From: Octopus vulgaris
Taxonomy: Eukaryota
DNA length: 64,000 nucleotides
Direction: 5' to 3'
Assembly: GCA_951406725.2 (NCBI GenBank)
Contig: OX597816.1
Span: 83,018,001-83,082,000, forward strand
Below the pieces are notes generated by a model that worked only from the letters and a program-made list of their open reading frames with translations, searched no databases and had not been told where the DNA came from. This document shows, piece after piece, positions 14,133-27,869 of this stretch. Position numbers and translations under genes: made by a program. How positions within the stretch are numbered: the first letter of the stretch is position 1; every line of letters starts with the position of its first letter.

Positions 14133-14928
14133 TTGTGCTTGTTTGTATAAATGTATATTTATATGTATATGTATATAGGTATGCGTCTGTGTGTGTTTGT
14201 GTATACATGTCGTAGATTATTGTCTTGGGATTCCACAGCCAAATGGTTCCTCTAACCTTTCCAAATCAATTAAATTCAACACGGATATGTTTTGCTTCTG
14301 TCTCCGATTCCATCCCGTTTTTCTTTCTATTCTGTTTCCTCCTTTCTCGCTTATATTCGTTCTTTCTCGCTCTCTCTCCTTCGTTGATTCTTTCTCCTTT
14401 ACTTTCCTTTTTTTTTTCTCGTTTCAGGGGCTTCATGACCTCTAGTGACCCTAATAGACGCAAAGGGGCGTGTGGGCGTTACCGTTCTGATTAGATAGAT
14501 GTACAATGAAAATAAAGAATTGAAACCTAGGGAGTTAAATGGGGGATCCTTAGCAGCTTATATAGTGATTGTTGTTGTTGCTGCTGTTGTTGTTGTTGTT
14601 GTTATTGTGGCGGTGGTGGTGGTGGTGGCGGTGATACATAGTGGAATTGAGAGTGTAGTGAACGTTCTGTGAGTATTAGTGTTGGTGTAGAAATATCTGT
14701 TGTGAAGCTGTAGTAATAGTATATAACTCTATGTGACTCCTGAACTTGTAGATCTATGATTAAAGGCGTTTTAACCGTGATCTTACCGTCAATTTCCCCC
14801 CCAATCGAGGGAAATTCTGTTGCTATTTCTTGCATTTTGAGCAAAGCATTTCAGCAGTGAACATACCATGCGTTTTCGGACATGTTCTCTCCAGAATAAC
14901 ATTATCCATTACACCACAGCGTCTAGTC

Positions 14929-15319
14929 CAGTGTTTCCCAACCTATTTTCGCCCAGGTCCCAATATAGCTTTCCAGAAAGATGTTTGCTCCACTGGTGAC
15001 ATACGTAGGAAAATTAATAATTCATTGACTTCTTATAAGTATATACTTTCCTTAAAGAAATATCCACACTAGGGAATTAGAATAGTGCTACACAGTAGCA
15101 AAGTCTTCACACAATATGCTTGGCTGGAGGGATTGGTTTGACTAGACTTAGTATAGGTGTAATATGTTTACTGGTGGCCGGGGGGTGGTGGAGAAAAATT
15201 TTTCAGAATTCTATGTTTTGCTACAAAAAAATAGCAACAAAAAATTTTGGATCTCACGCCCATCCACAATTTTCCCAGGTCCCACCGGTGGGGCGTATAT
15301 CCCATACTGGGAATCACTG
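14929..15319. mobile_element. hAT (Charlie-like) non-autonomous DNA transposon
   Basis: TIR CAGTGTTTCCCA / TGGGAATCACTG; 8-bp TSD gtctagtc (14921-14928) / gactagtc (15320-15327). Confidence 0.85.
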
Positions 15320-16189
15320 GACTAGTCTGTTCATGTATACGTATTAGTTCTGAAAGAAGCCACAACGAAGACACACAAACTCAGTCTGACCTTGACAGTT
15401 GCTGTGCCTGCATTTACAATTGGTGATGTGTACAGTATCTAGGACAAAATGCTTATTGATATTTTGTTTTTGAGTATTAGTGGTAGGCAGTGCCTTCTTA
15501 AAGCATGGATTCACTGGGCAGTTACTTGGGAGTTCTACGAGTCTAGAGATCAGATGCTAATCTATGTATGGTGTGGCCTGCTCACAATATATAAATATAG
15601 GGGCTTCAGTACATTGCTTTGTCAAGAGTAAGGGCCATAGTACTGTTAAAGCGGCTCCGATAGTTTTGATAGCTTTCAGAGTGTGTAGGTATATCCTGTG
15701 AGTTTCTGAGTGATCATTCAGATCATAGCAAGGACTTCTACGTTGGAGCTGGGCTGTAACGACAAACCGTGATTACGTATGGTTTAACACAAAATACCAA
15801 CGAAAGTCACAAATGTGCCGGCTTCTCGAACCTAAAGGTGGTATTTTATTTCGAGTATTATTGTATTGCATTTTTCGATCATATGCTGCTGTGTTTTGTG
15901 GAGCTCTAGTTCGCTGTGGACATCTGGGATTCAAACAAAAGGCAAAATAGACTTAATATGCTATTTGTACACTAATATTGATGCATTGAACAGTCAAAAG
16001 GCAGAGTTAGTAAGTCCACCATGCTCGTTGCTTTATTTTCTTTGCAATGTCTTCTACGTGTCCAGTAACTGGTGTAGAAGTGTTGTTACAATTTCTAATA
16101 TTTTGGTATTTTTGTGTTCTGTAAGCATGGGATGTTTATTCTACTGAATGCAATGACGTCTTGAATTCATTATTATTCGGTATTGCAAA

Positions 16190-16370
16190 GCAGAATCGTT
16201 AGCATCATTTCGCCTGTCTTTATGTTCTTAATTTAAATTCGGCCGAAGTCGACTTTGCCTTTCATCCTTTCAGGGTTGATAAAATAAGTACCAGTTGAAC
16301 ACTGGGGTCTATGTAATCGACTTACCACCTCCCCGAACTTACTGGCTTTGTGCCAAAATTTGAAACCATT
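16190..16370 (+). mobile_element. SINE family A copy
   Basis: gcagaatcgttagca..gtcgactttgcctttcatcctttcagggttgataaaataagtaccag. Confidence 0.8.
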
Positions 16371-16953
16371 ATTATTTGGTTTTGTTGGCAAGACAGACTA
16401 TGGTGTTACTATCAGTTTAATTATTTAGGCCACGTTTGGATTAACTGTACATTTGTGCAAAAATGTTGACATACAGAATTATTATATGATCTGTGCATAT
16501 ATAAAGATGAAGGTAGCTCGTGATAAATTAAAAAAAGAATGGATGTGTCAGTGTTTTTGTAGTATTCCGTCCCGGTAATATAAAATATAGAGCTTTCTGA
16601 ATTATTATAAAAAAAATATTTAAGTTGCTTATTTGTTTTTAAATGACAAGCAGTCAATAGAGTTGACGCTTTTATTGCTACTACTACCAGTAAGAATGGT
16701 GTGTGGAACTAATTTTATTCTTGAAGGTTTTTCATGCTTTGTATTGGTCGAGTATAATATTCGGAATAGAGTGAATCAGTTGTGCGAGGAATGGACTATG
16801 TATGCTGACACTGACTGTAATAATTTCTCTCGATGTATATATTGGCTGTATTCTTATGATATTATCCATTCTACGAGGCTTTTGTTGTTTGGCATTTTTC
16901 TATAGTTTTTCTGTTAGCCAAGGGAAGGAATTGGTCAATGTTATGCCTTAGGT

Positions 16954-17153
16954 CAGCGATGGTGAACCTATATTAGCACCGCATGTCGAAATTGTAATTT
17001 CTTTAATAATTTTGCTATTGGAATGTCACTGATATGATAGGTTATAGATGAGTTTTGCGTACCGTAATATTGCAAAAAGAAAGTCCATCGCATATCACCT
17101 TAAAACCCGCAGAGTGTCACTGATGACAAGATGTCAGAGGTTCGCCACCATTG
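16954..17153. mobile_element. Short hAT-type MITE
   Basis: Imperfect TIR CAGCGATGGTGAACCT / AGGTTCGCCACCATTG; TSD degenerate. Confidence 0.7.
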
Positions 17154-18376
17154 GTCTCAGTGGAAACTGTGCATCTTGCATTTTGCTTCTGTACTTTTTT
17201 TGTGTTTTTAATGATTTACTTTTGAAAAAGGTATTCGATAAAGAGATTTCTTTCTGTTGGAGCGTGTTTACGTTACTTGAAGTTGTTATTGTAACGTTGT
17301 AGTTGTTGATGCTACTAATTTGTGTACCGTTTTACTGTTATTTTACGACTTAGGTTGGATTAGAATGACTGTCAATTTTCTGCTTTCCTTCAGGTTATTT
17401 TCTTTCATATTATTTTGGTTTAGTTGCTTAATGCTGAGCTGTATTTATGTTGGATATGGTGTTAACGTGTTGTGTTTGAGGTTGTCTCTAATTCTTTTTT
17501 GTTAGGTCGGCTATTTTAGTTGTGTAATTAGGGTTGTATTTATCTATGCTGTTTTGAACAATTTTTTTTTTCTGAAAGCTTCTACAATTATTTTGCTTCA
17601 CATATATGTGCTGTGGTATCTATGTCAGTGGTTGTGGTGTCGTTGGTGTTACCGAATTCTGCAAGCAGTAGTTATGTCTCTTGGTGGTAGGGATTCTATA
17701 GGAGCAGTTTTGTTGATTTTGAAACTGTTTTCGTTTCGTTCATTGATGTAGAGGTGTGTTGTTACGATGGGCGTAACAGTGATGCTGAAAGTGCTGATGA
17801 AGAGGAGGCAGAGGAGAAAGAAAAGGAGGAAGGAAAGGGTAAACATGAGGAAGAAGAGGATAAGAATAAAGACTGCAACTACGAAGGTGTTGATAACTAG
17901 GAGAGATAATGGTGTCAGTAATGCGATGCACAGTGTCTGCAGTTGGCAGAATTAAAATACCCCAGTGGTCGCGGTTCGCGATTTCGTTCCCAAGTCGGAT
18001 CATAGTAAGTAGACCAATGATCAATAGTATTCCAGATATCACCTCACAGCCCTTTTTTTTATACACATATATTCCAAAACAACTTTAATTCAATCCATCC
18101 TTTTCTTTTCTCAAGACGCTAGGGTATAATTTGAGGTTGATATAGCAGTTATAAGTTGAGGTAGATATGGCAGTATTATATTCAATGTTGGGTTTAGGAT
18201 ATTGGTGTTGGTGGCAGAGGTGGTAGTGGTGGTAGTGGCAGATGTATCGGTGATGTCGTATGGGGTAGAGCATATGGAGGGCGGTGGGAGTAAAGCAATT
18301 ATAATAGATATCTGTAAAAGAAGAAATGGATAAGAAGCAACAGGTAACGTTTGTGCATGTGTGTGTGCGCGTGTAT

Positions 18377-18412
<36 letters not shown>

Positions 18413-19599
18413 CTGAGTACAGAGGGTTCGGGAGCGGGTCGGGATTTCAGGCAAGGTGTTATTTGTTGATTTAGGTGGTCTGCTGTTTTGAGGTTTTGAA
18501 AAACCTTCGAAAGAGACAAAGGAAGAAAGAAAGACGAAAAGCAAAATGAGCTGCCAATAGCTTAACATTTAATAAAAAAGAGCAACGAAAAGAAAAATAA
18601 TAAGCAATTAATGAAAATAAATTAAATAAAGCGTGGGACCCTTTAACAGTCTTGTATTCAGAGTTCATATGATTTTCTGTTGTATTGTTATATTTCTGAA
18701 CGGGATATCTAATTTTTCTAAAGGAATAATGAAATCATTAACAGTTATACGTTAGGGTTGACTCAATAAAATTTACTATTTTGCTTCAACAGTTAGTCCA
18801 GCTAGCAGCATTTTTTAAAAAATCGTTTCCCAAACTGGTAATGTAGTCTTTGATGCACAATACCTGAAAAATATTTCTCCCTCACCCATAAAAAAAAATG
18901 AGGCGGATCTATGACAAAAGGGCTGGGCTTCATTTGGATAAGGATGTGTTCAGTCAGGCCTTGAACCTTGATGAGACATTGTTGTTGTTGCTGTTGTTGT
19001 TGTGTAGCCATATAACAGACCTGATCGAGTAGTCAGTCCTACAACATGTTGGTAGTCATGTTGATAGTCGGTCGAATGATTAGACGAGATCTTCATATTT
19101 GTTTTGTTGCTCCAGTTACACCAAGACTTCGTGTAACTGGGACTTCACTCCTTCACTGCATATGCAGCGAGGAACCATAATAAGTTGCAGTACGACAGTC
19201 TTCATTGTACAGTCTATTTCTGTTGTTGCTGTGGATGTTTAACTCGAGATCAGTATGACAGAGCAACACTTCGGTCAGTTTGTTTTAGGGTATTATAGTA
19301 TTATATTATCCAATATATCCTGTCCTTTAATCAAGAGGATATAATGGGATTTGAGAAAGATAAGTTAACTTTGGCTTGGGTGTGACAGTTGCCCTTATCA
19401 TTGGAATTAGAAAACTTTAAATATATAAGAGAAATAGATTAGGTGAGAAAATTTTCTTTGTGGCTGTTGATGTTTAACTCCATTTAAATTATGTTTAAAT
19501 GCATTCCAGTTATGACCATCTAATCTGTGATATAGACATATCTCCGAATGCGTTATACAATGTGCTCTTTTTTGTAAGACTGCAATTTGAGATAGATTT

Positions 19600-20150
19600 G
19601 TTTTTTTTTCTACTCTTGGCATAAGGTCCGAAATTTTAGCGGAGGGGAGACAGTCGATTAGATCGACCCCAGTACGCAACTGGTACTTAATTTATCGATG
19701 AAATGAATTTAGGATGAAAGACAAAGTCGACCTATGCGGGATTTGAAACCAGAGCGTAATGACACACGAAATACCGCTAAGCATTTCGCCCGGCGTGCTA
19801 ACTGGTACTTAATTTATCGATCCCGAAAGGATGAAGGGCAAAGTCGACCTCGGCGGAATTTGAACTCAGAACGTAACGGCAGACGAACTACGGTTACGCA
19901 TTTCGCCCGACTTGCTAACGTTTCTTATTTCTTTACTGCTCACAAGGGGTTAGACACAGAGGGGACAAACAAGGACAGGCAAACGGATTAAGTCGATTAT
20001 ATCGACCCCAGAGCGTAACTGATACTTATCTAATCGATCCCGAAAGGATGAAAGGCAAAGTCAGCCTCGGCGGAATCAGAACGTAGCGGCAGACGAAATA
20101 CCGCTAAGTATTTCGCCCGGAGCGCTAACGTTTCTGCCTGCTCGCCGCCT
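19600..20150 (-). mobile_element. Head-to-tail trimer of SINE family A
   Basis: Three repeats of the family A core on the minus strand; the two downstream copies lack the first ~17-23 nt. Confidence 0.9.
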
Positions 20151-20746
20151 TAGATTTGGTTACTAATCGTAGCAGCCAAGAAGAACCTCCGTCAATTTGG
20201 TCGTGATCGTAAGCAATAGATATAGCTGTGGGTAACATGTGCAGGAGAGAGAATAAAGTATCATATGGTTTCGAAATAATTAATAGTAGAGCGGGTAACT
20301 TATGAGAGGGCGTATAAAGAGCTATATACATGTGTTATTTACATAGGAATATATGTAGATGTGAGTGGCTATGTAGACATTCAAAATCGTTCTCGTTGGA
20401 GAGAACGATTTTTCTTTTCAAATTAAGTGCTTATAATATTTTATATCAATATATACAAGGTCCGGTAGTTTGTGAAGTTAGGGTATTTCCAGAGAAACAC
20501 CCGACCCGAATATTGGGCTATCAACACTGTCGAGTTCCAGGTCAAAGGCGGAATTCCTCAGGTGGAGAAAATTAAATTTTCCTAACGATTGTACCGTAAA
20601 ATGGGTTTGACGAAAAGAAGAAAAAGAAAATTCTTTAACACATCTTTAATGTAACGAATTATTAAAGATGTGTTAAAAAATTTTTCTTTGTCTTCTTGTT
20701 ATGCTATCTATCTATATGTATACTTATACATACATACATACATACA

Positions 20747-20780
<34 letters not shown>

Positions 20781-20801
20781 CATACATATATACATACATA
20801 C

Positions 20802-20856
<55 letters not shown>

Positions 20857-21590
20857 CATACATGTATACATATGTATGTTAATGTATTTATACATACATT
20901 ACGCGCACACATACACTCATACATATACATATATATATGGATTGGTGAACTTTTATGCATGCACTAGAGAAAGAAAAAACACACAATACGTAAATAAACT
21001 GTGAATATTTTGACAGCAGCTAAAGGCATTCAATCACTACTCTGGGTTCCACGTTGCTGATTATTCAAATGATTCTAGTAGATAAATAGGGTGTCAATAT
21101 ATAAACTATTCAATCACGTTTAAATACAAATGATTATCGGAAATTTCATTAATGGTGATGAATGCCTGGTTATTGCTTTCAGTACATATTGTATCACTTA
21201 CTTTTAGGCTGGTAACGCTTTTTATAGTTTCTGAATTAATAACATGATTAGTTCTGAGGATGGCTTTCTTTAAAGAGTTAGTGAAAATGTTGGAAAGTTA
21301 CCCATTGTATTTGCTGTTTCATGTATCGTCCTGGCTTCGTTTAAAGAAATATTCATTCTTAAGTCTTGTAGACCAGCATTTCCTTGAGGTCCAAAGTTAT
21401 CCTTACGTTTATAAGAATTAACGTTCAAGATTGTTACAACTGCACCAGAGTCACTACTGCTTACGCAGCTACTATGAACAGAAAAAAATACATTTCCATT
21501 TCGAACGCGCAAAACTCATCTCTTTTATGTAATTACAATAACAATATTTACTTTCTCAAAGACATATCTTGTGCTAAGGTGTGCTTAGAA

Positions 21591-21973
21591 TTGTCATTGA
21601 CCTTTATTAGTTGAGCATGTCTCTTGGAGGTTGACGATATGTGCATCTTTGATCACGAGCGGAAGTAGCCATGTGTTGAGAGGAATTCCTTGGTGTTTGG
21701 ATGATTCAACTCTGCAAACATGGGTGTTTCGTTCAAAATCCTTAAACACCCCTTATTCAGGGACCTTTTGAGCGGAATAGGCTGCTCGACGTGAAGAAAA
21801 TTCTAATTGGGACCAGCCTGCAAGGTCATGCACTGTTTATCTTGATATGAGATCACCATGTCGCGTACATATGGCTGTAATGCATGTGCCTGGTGTACCC
21901 TTGTCGGACGGGTAGTCAAGATGGGTACATTGAGCTTCATGTCACTTTGATAGCATGCATTGCTCTTTCACTC
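21591..21973 (+). mobile_element. 5'-truncated copy of element X
   Basis: Homologous to ~168-579; same 3' end, followed by (AAT)n. Confidence 0.8.
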
Positions 21974-22046
21974 AATAACAATAATAATAATAATGAGGAT
22001 AATAATAATAATAATAATAACAACAACAACAACAATAATAATACAA

Positions 22047-22117
<71 letters not shown>

Positions 22118-22172
22118 ATAATAATAATAATAATAATAACAATAATAATAATAATAACAATAATAATAATAA

Positions 22173-23590
22173 GTTAAGAGTAACAACATCACACTAGATA
22201 AAACCAATGAAATAAAAGAATTAGACCAAAGCCAAACTTACAAATACTTAGGAATCCATGAACTAGATAAGACACAACACACACAAATGAAAGAGAAAAT
22301 AAAAAAAGAATATTATAGACGAGTTAGATCAATACTAAACACAGAGCTCAATGCTAAAAACAAGATAATAGGTATCAACACTTTAGCTGTCCCAGTTATA
22401 AGTTACAGCTACAATATCCTTAACTGGACACGAAATGAACTGTCCAAAATAGATAGGAAAACAAGAAAAATACTGACAGGATCTAGGATGCATCACCCAA
22501 AATCTGACATAGAAAGACTATATATACAACGTATAGAAGGTGGTAGAGGCCTTATACAGCTGGAAAACTACTATAAAATAACCACCATAGGACTGCAAAA
22601 ATACCTACTTCAGAAGGAAGGAAAACTGATCCAGATAGCAGCAAAACACGAGCAAAACAAAAAACTGTTCTCAGTATTTAAGGAAGCTGACAAATACAAA
22701 CAAGAAATCATACCACCTAATAAACACAAAGAAGAAGAAGAAGATGATGAAGAAACAACAAAAGCTATAAAACAAATGAAATCCAAACTAAAAATAGAAC
22801 AGCAACGAGCCATGATAAAACGATGGCAAGAAAAGCCCCTTCATGGTAAATACTGCACTAAACTAAACGCAAAAGAAATAGACAAAGAAAAATCCCAGCA
22901 ATGGTTGAGAAGCTCAGGACTCAAAGCAGAAACAGAGGGATTTTTAATTGCAGCACAAGACCAAAGCCTCCCCACCAGAAATTACCAAAAACATGTAATG
23001 AAAAGAAATATTACAAGTAACTGCAGAATATGTGGAGATGGACAAGAAACAATAAATCATATTATCTCTAGCTGCCCAGTCCTGGCTAAGAAGGAATATA
23101 TTCACAGACATGACGGAGTTGGAACCTACATACATTGGAAGCTATGCCAACATTATGGAATAACAACAGAAAAAAGATGGTATAGGCACACACCAGAAAA
23201 GGTCACAGAAAACGAGAAAGCAACCATACTCTGGGATATGCCGATACACACAGATAGAGAAATTAAGGCCAACAGACCAGATATAGTTGTCAGAGATCAT
23301 GAAGAAAAAAATGCTTTCTAATTGATGTATCAATACCGGCAGATGACAACGTGTCTCTAAAAGAAATGGAGAAACTCTCAAAATACAAAGACCTGGAAAT
23401 AGAGGTAACTAGAATGTGGAACCTGAAAACAGAAACAATTCCTATCATAGTAGGTGCATTAGGCATGATAAAAAAATATTCAGACAAATACATAACAAAA
23501 ACACCAGGACTTACAAACACATATAACATACAGAAAATTGCACTACTAGGCACTGCACACATCCTACGCAGAACACTTTCCATACAATAA
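22173..23590 (+). pseudogene. Partial RLE retrotransposon ORF with one frameshift at the A7 run 23305-23311
   Basis: Frame is open from 22173 through ORF 22287-23321. Adding one A gives EEKKCFLIDVSIP and joins ORF 23351-23590. Confidence 0.9.
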
Positions 23591-23687
23591 CCATCAGAGC
23601 ATCACAACAAATCACAGCACATACCCAAGGCACACAGAGCTGCGCTCGGTAGTGAAGTGAAAGCACGCTATAAAAATAAAACTACTG
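22173..23687 (+). mobile_element. 5'-truncated R4/Dong-clade non-LTR retrotransposon (RT C-terminus, CCHC knuckle, restriction-like endonuclease, 3'UTR) in (TAA)n
   Basis: YKYLG RT motif, CRICGDGQETINHIISSC zinc knuckle, RHD, NRPDIVV..LIDVSIP..KEMEKLSKY endonuclease motifs. (TAA)n on both flanks, as known for Dong. Confidence 0.95.
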
Positions 23688-23751
23688 AATAATAATAATA
23701 ATAATACTAATGATGATGATGATGATGATGATGATAATAATAATAATAATG

Positions 23752-23798
<47 letters not shown>

Positions 23799-24066
23799 CA
23801 TAATAATATATTGCTTGATGGACAGATAGACAAGTATACATAACTAAATAGACAGACAGATAGCTGGACAGACGGATAGATATACAGATAGATTGATTAT
23901 TAGATAGAAAGATAGAGCGAAAGCAAGATTAAGAAAGTGGAAAGTACGATTGAAAACCGATAGATAATGAAATGAAGAAACTCAACGTATATGATCGGAT
24001 GAGTCGTGAGTGTAAATATATTTGCTTGCATTTATGTGAGTGTTTGTACCTGCGTGTGTGTATGCG

Positions 24067-24098
<32 letters not shown>

Positions 24099-24870
24099 TG
24101 TATGTATGTATGTATGTATGTATGTATGTATGTATGTATGTATGTATGTATGTATGTATGTATGTATGTATGTATGTATGTATGTATGCATGCATGTATG
24201 TATATGTGTACGTATGTACGTATTGTAAGGGTTTGATTGTATGAGTGCGAAGTCTATGGAATTTCTTAATGAAGTGTATGGTCTGTCAGAGAAGTTAGAC
24301 CGAAATAAAATGTCGGTGCTGGCGGAGAGGTGGTGATGGAATAGCCAGATGCCAGTGATAACGGCGAGTTAAGGGGTAAATGTAAATATACAAATAACGG
24401 GGCTGGATATATAACGATTGGAATACTTGTTGTTGTTCTTGTCGCCATTGTTGTTGTTTCTGAAGACTTAAGTAGAATGGTAACACGTATAAATAAATAA
24501 TGAGTAAATTAACACACACGCACACGCACATTATATACACGCACAAGCATAATATAATATAGAACTATATATGTATGTATATTTGTGTATATATATGCCA
24601 GTCTGTGTATGTGCGTGTGTGTGTATACATATACATATATATATATATATAGTGAGAGAAAGAGAGAGAGAGAGAGAGGAGCTAGTTAGCCAGCTAGGTA
24701 GATAGATAGGTAGAAATACTGTCAGTCGGGGGTATATGTTGCACAAATAGATAAATAGGTATACACACAGACACCTAATATATATACATGCACACATGTA
24801 TAATTTTATCATGTTGAACCGTTAATCCCTACATATGTTTTTTCTATCTCCGTTATTTTTCTCTCTCAGT

Positions 24871-24908
24871 CCTTTCCGTTGAAGAGCGTAGGCTCGAAAC
24901 GTCAAAGG
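24871..24908 (+). ncRNA. Minimal Penelope-type hammerhead ribozyme motif (variant core) in a short pLTR-like repeat (~24815-24996)
   Basis: Stem I CCTTT/AAAGG; core CCGTTGA; stem II GAGC-gtag-GCTC; GAAA; palindromic ACGT replacing stem III; GUC triplet. Confidence 0.7.
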
Positions 24909-24995
24909 CTTTTCCATCTACTCGAGCGGTAAACTAATACACTTTCTTGTTATTCCTTCACCTGTCTTCGTCTTTTATTTTCTGTAAATTTGAAC

Positions 24996-25029
<34 letters not shown>

Positions 25030-25057
25030 TGTATGTATGTATGTATGTATGTATGTA

Positions 25058-25094
<37 letters not shown>

Positions 25095-25125
25095 ATGTAT
25101 GTATGTATGTATGTATGTATGTATG

Positions 25126-25171
<46 letters not shown>

Positions 25172-25204
25172 TATATATATATAATTATACTTATCTATTA
25201 TATA

Positions 25205-25506
25205 TTTTCTTTTATTTGTTTCAACCATTAGGTTGCGGCTATGCTGGGGCACTGCCTTCAAGAATTTTTTAGTCGAATGAATCGACTGCAGTAATTTTTA
25301 TTTTTTTAAAACCTGGTACATATATCGATATCTTTGCTGAATCGCTAAGATATGGTCGTCAAGACGTGTTGGGGAACAATCACCGACACATAGACAGCCA
25401 CCACACACATAGACCCTCCACACACACACACATACTTAAGTAAAAATGCTAGTTCTAAAAGGTCTCTAAGAGCGGCTATGTATATTACTTGTAAACATCT
25501 ATATAT

Positions 25507-25543
<37 letters not shown>

Positions 25544-25665
25544 GGACGGACTTCTTTCAGTTGCCGTCTATCAAATCCACTCAAGAGGCATTGATCAGAC
25601 CGAGGCTATGGTACCATGTTGCTGGTAAGAAGCAAGCTTCTTACCACACAGCCACTCCTGCGCCT
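25205..25665 (-). mobile_element. SINE family B (tRNA head, internal TA/TG microsatellite), partly deleted
   Basis: Reverse complement of gcaggagtggctgtgtggtaag..gagtggatttg..aactgaaagaag. Confidence 0.75.
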
Positions 25666-25822
25666 ATTGGGACAGGCTCTCGCAACCCAGGCCAGAGGTT
25701 GACCGCAGTGCCTATCCGGCCTCCTCCCGGGTGGACAACACCCCTCTTTTGCGTCCGTATATATTCTTTTGTTCTTTTATTCTTTTAAGTGTTTCACCTT
25801 TAAAATTGCGGTCATACTAGGG

Positions 25823-25859
<37 letters not shown>

Positions 25860-26820
25860 GTTGTCATTCATACTGGAGCACTGATTTCTAGTGTGCTTGG
25901 ATTTGTTATCTGTACCGTTTTTGGTGAAGAAGCGAGTTAGACAGGACTGCTCTTCTTTGTGCCTCCTCCCGCTTAGTTGGTTCACTTGGGGCTTCAGATA
26001 GAAATTTGTCCTAACGCTTTTTGAAGACCTCTACACTTCACGAATCTCTGAGGTTGATAAAGGCTTCATAGTTTGGCACAAAGCCGCCAGCAATTTCAGG
26101 GAAATGGGTAAATCGGTAACATCGATCCTAGTGGTACTTATTTTATCGACCCCGAAAGGCGGCATTTGAACTCAGCTCGTTTGTCCGGAAGAAATGGTGC
26201 CAAGCATTTTGTCCGGCGCGGCTGCATATTCTGCTAGCTCACCGCCTTGGATAGATTGATACTGAATGACAGATTGTAACAGAATACCCGAATAGAAGAA
26301 AATATAAAGAACTGAAACCGTTTCGTCAGCAACAACAAAAATAACAATCTTAAATCAACCGCTACACTCGCTCCCAAAAGTGAGAGAGTTGCTTGGAAAA
26401 AAAAAGAAGAAAGAAATAGCATTGAAAATATACAAAAAATATAAACATAAAGAAAATATATATACAAATAAAGACAATATGAGAATGATAGGGAGAGGTG
26501 GGCGGAGAGGAAAAGAAAAACCTTAACGGAAGGTGTGGAAATGTGGCTTTTCAGCTGTTTGGTACGAATATCTTGACACTTCATTGGTAATTGGAGACCG
26601 AATTTATTGTACTATTTGGAAGGTTGGCAAAAAAAAAAAAAAAAAAGAAAAAAATGTGAAGGAAATCTGGTTTCATTTTAACCTTTGCACACCCAGATTA
26701 ATGAAACTAAACGGATCGGTTTTATTGTTTTTACTGCTGTTAAAATCATCGTTATTTTTATTATTGTTCTTGTCATGTGTGTGTGTATATATATATAAAT
26801 TTATATTTATTTACAGATAC

Positions 26821-26855
<35 letters not shown>

Positions 26856-27115
26856 TGTATATATATATATATATATATTAAAATTGCAAGTGAAAGTATA
26901 TGCGCATAACATTTGAAGTTATGGAAAAGTAGTTAATAATGATGCATCACACATGCATATGTACGCGTATGCAGGTAGACATACATATGCATGTATGTAT
27001 ATATATGCATATATATATATATATATAGACGTGTGTATATATATACATGAATGTGTATATACATACATACAACCCCTACACACATATATATGTGTATATA
27101 TATACATAAATACAT

Positions 27116-27156
<41 letters not shown>

Positions 27157-27869
27157 CGTATATATATATAGCTATATATATACATACATATATATGAGTG
27201 TGTGTGTGAGTAAACGTATAGATAAGCTTACCTACTGCAACATCTCGGCAAAGCAGGCGTGGTTGTATGTTATGAAGTTTGTTTTCCAACCGCAGAGTCT
27301 CGTGTTCAGTCCCACTACGTGACATCTTGCGCAAGTGTCTTCTATTATAGCCTGGAGCCGACCGAAGCATTGAGTGAATGTGGTAGGCGGAAACTGAAAG
27401 AAGCAAAATGAATTGATAAAATAAGTATCAGGCTAAAAAAAAAAAGATGAAAATATAAAAATATGTCCTATGGTCAATTTATTCGAGTAAAATTTCCAGA
27501 AGAGCCGCAGTCAAGTGACTGAAAGAATAGATATTTCATCTGTGTACGCATGCATGGATGTGGGTCTGTATTACGCATACACACACACTCACGAAATATC
27601 TTTGCTGAGTAAGTATTTATTCATAACGCATTTTTGAACGATAAAATTGTTAGCGACAGATTTCTAGCATGCTAATCACTGCTTCATTGCACTTACAATT
27701 GCAAAAGCGACAAGGGAGTTACTCTGCAACTTGAGTGGAACAAATACAAGGAATCTGAGCTTGAGTTTCTGAAACAGGTATTCATCACCGAAATATATAA
27801 ACTCATACTGATATGTATACACATACACACGCATACACACATACACACACATACGTACAATAATGATAA

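Noticed and set aside
20520-20570. Minus-strand CTGAGGA plus hairpin
   Set aside because: Lacks GAAA and NUH in the right register.
25665-25760. GC-rich segment with CCTCCTCCC resembling an HDV-like ribozyme L3 loop
   Set aside because: Could not assemble consistent P1/P2/P3 pairings.
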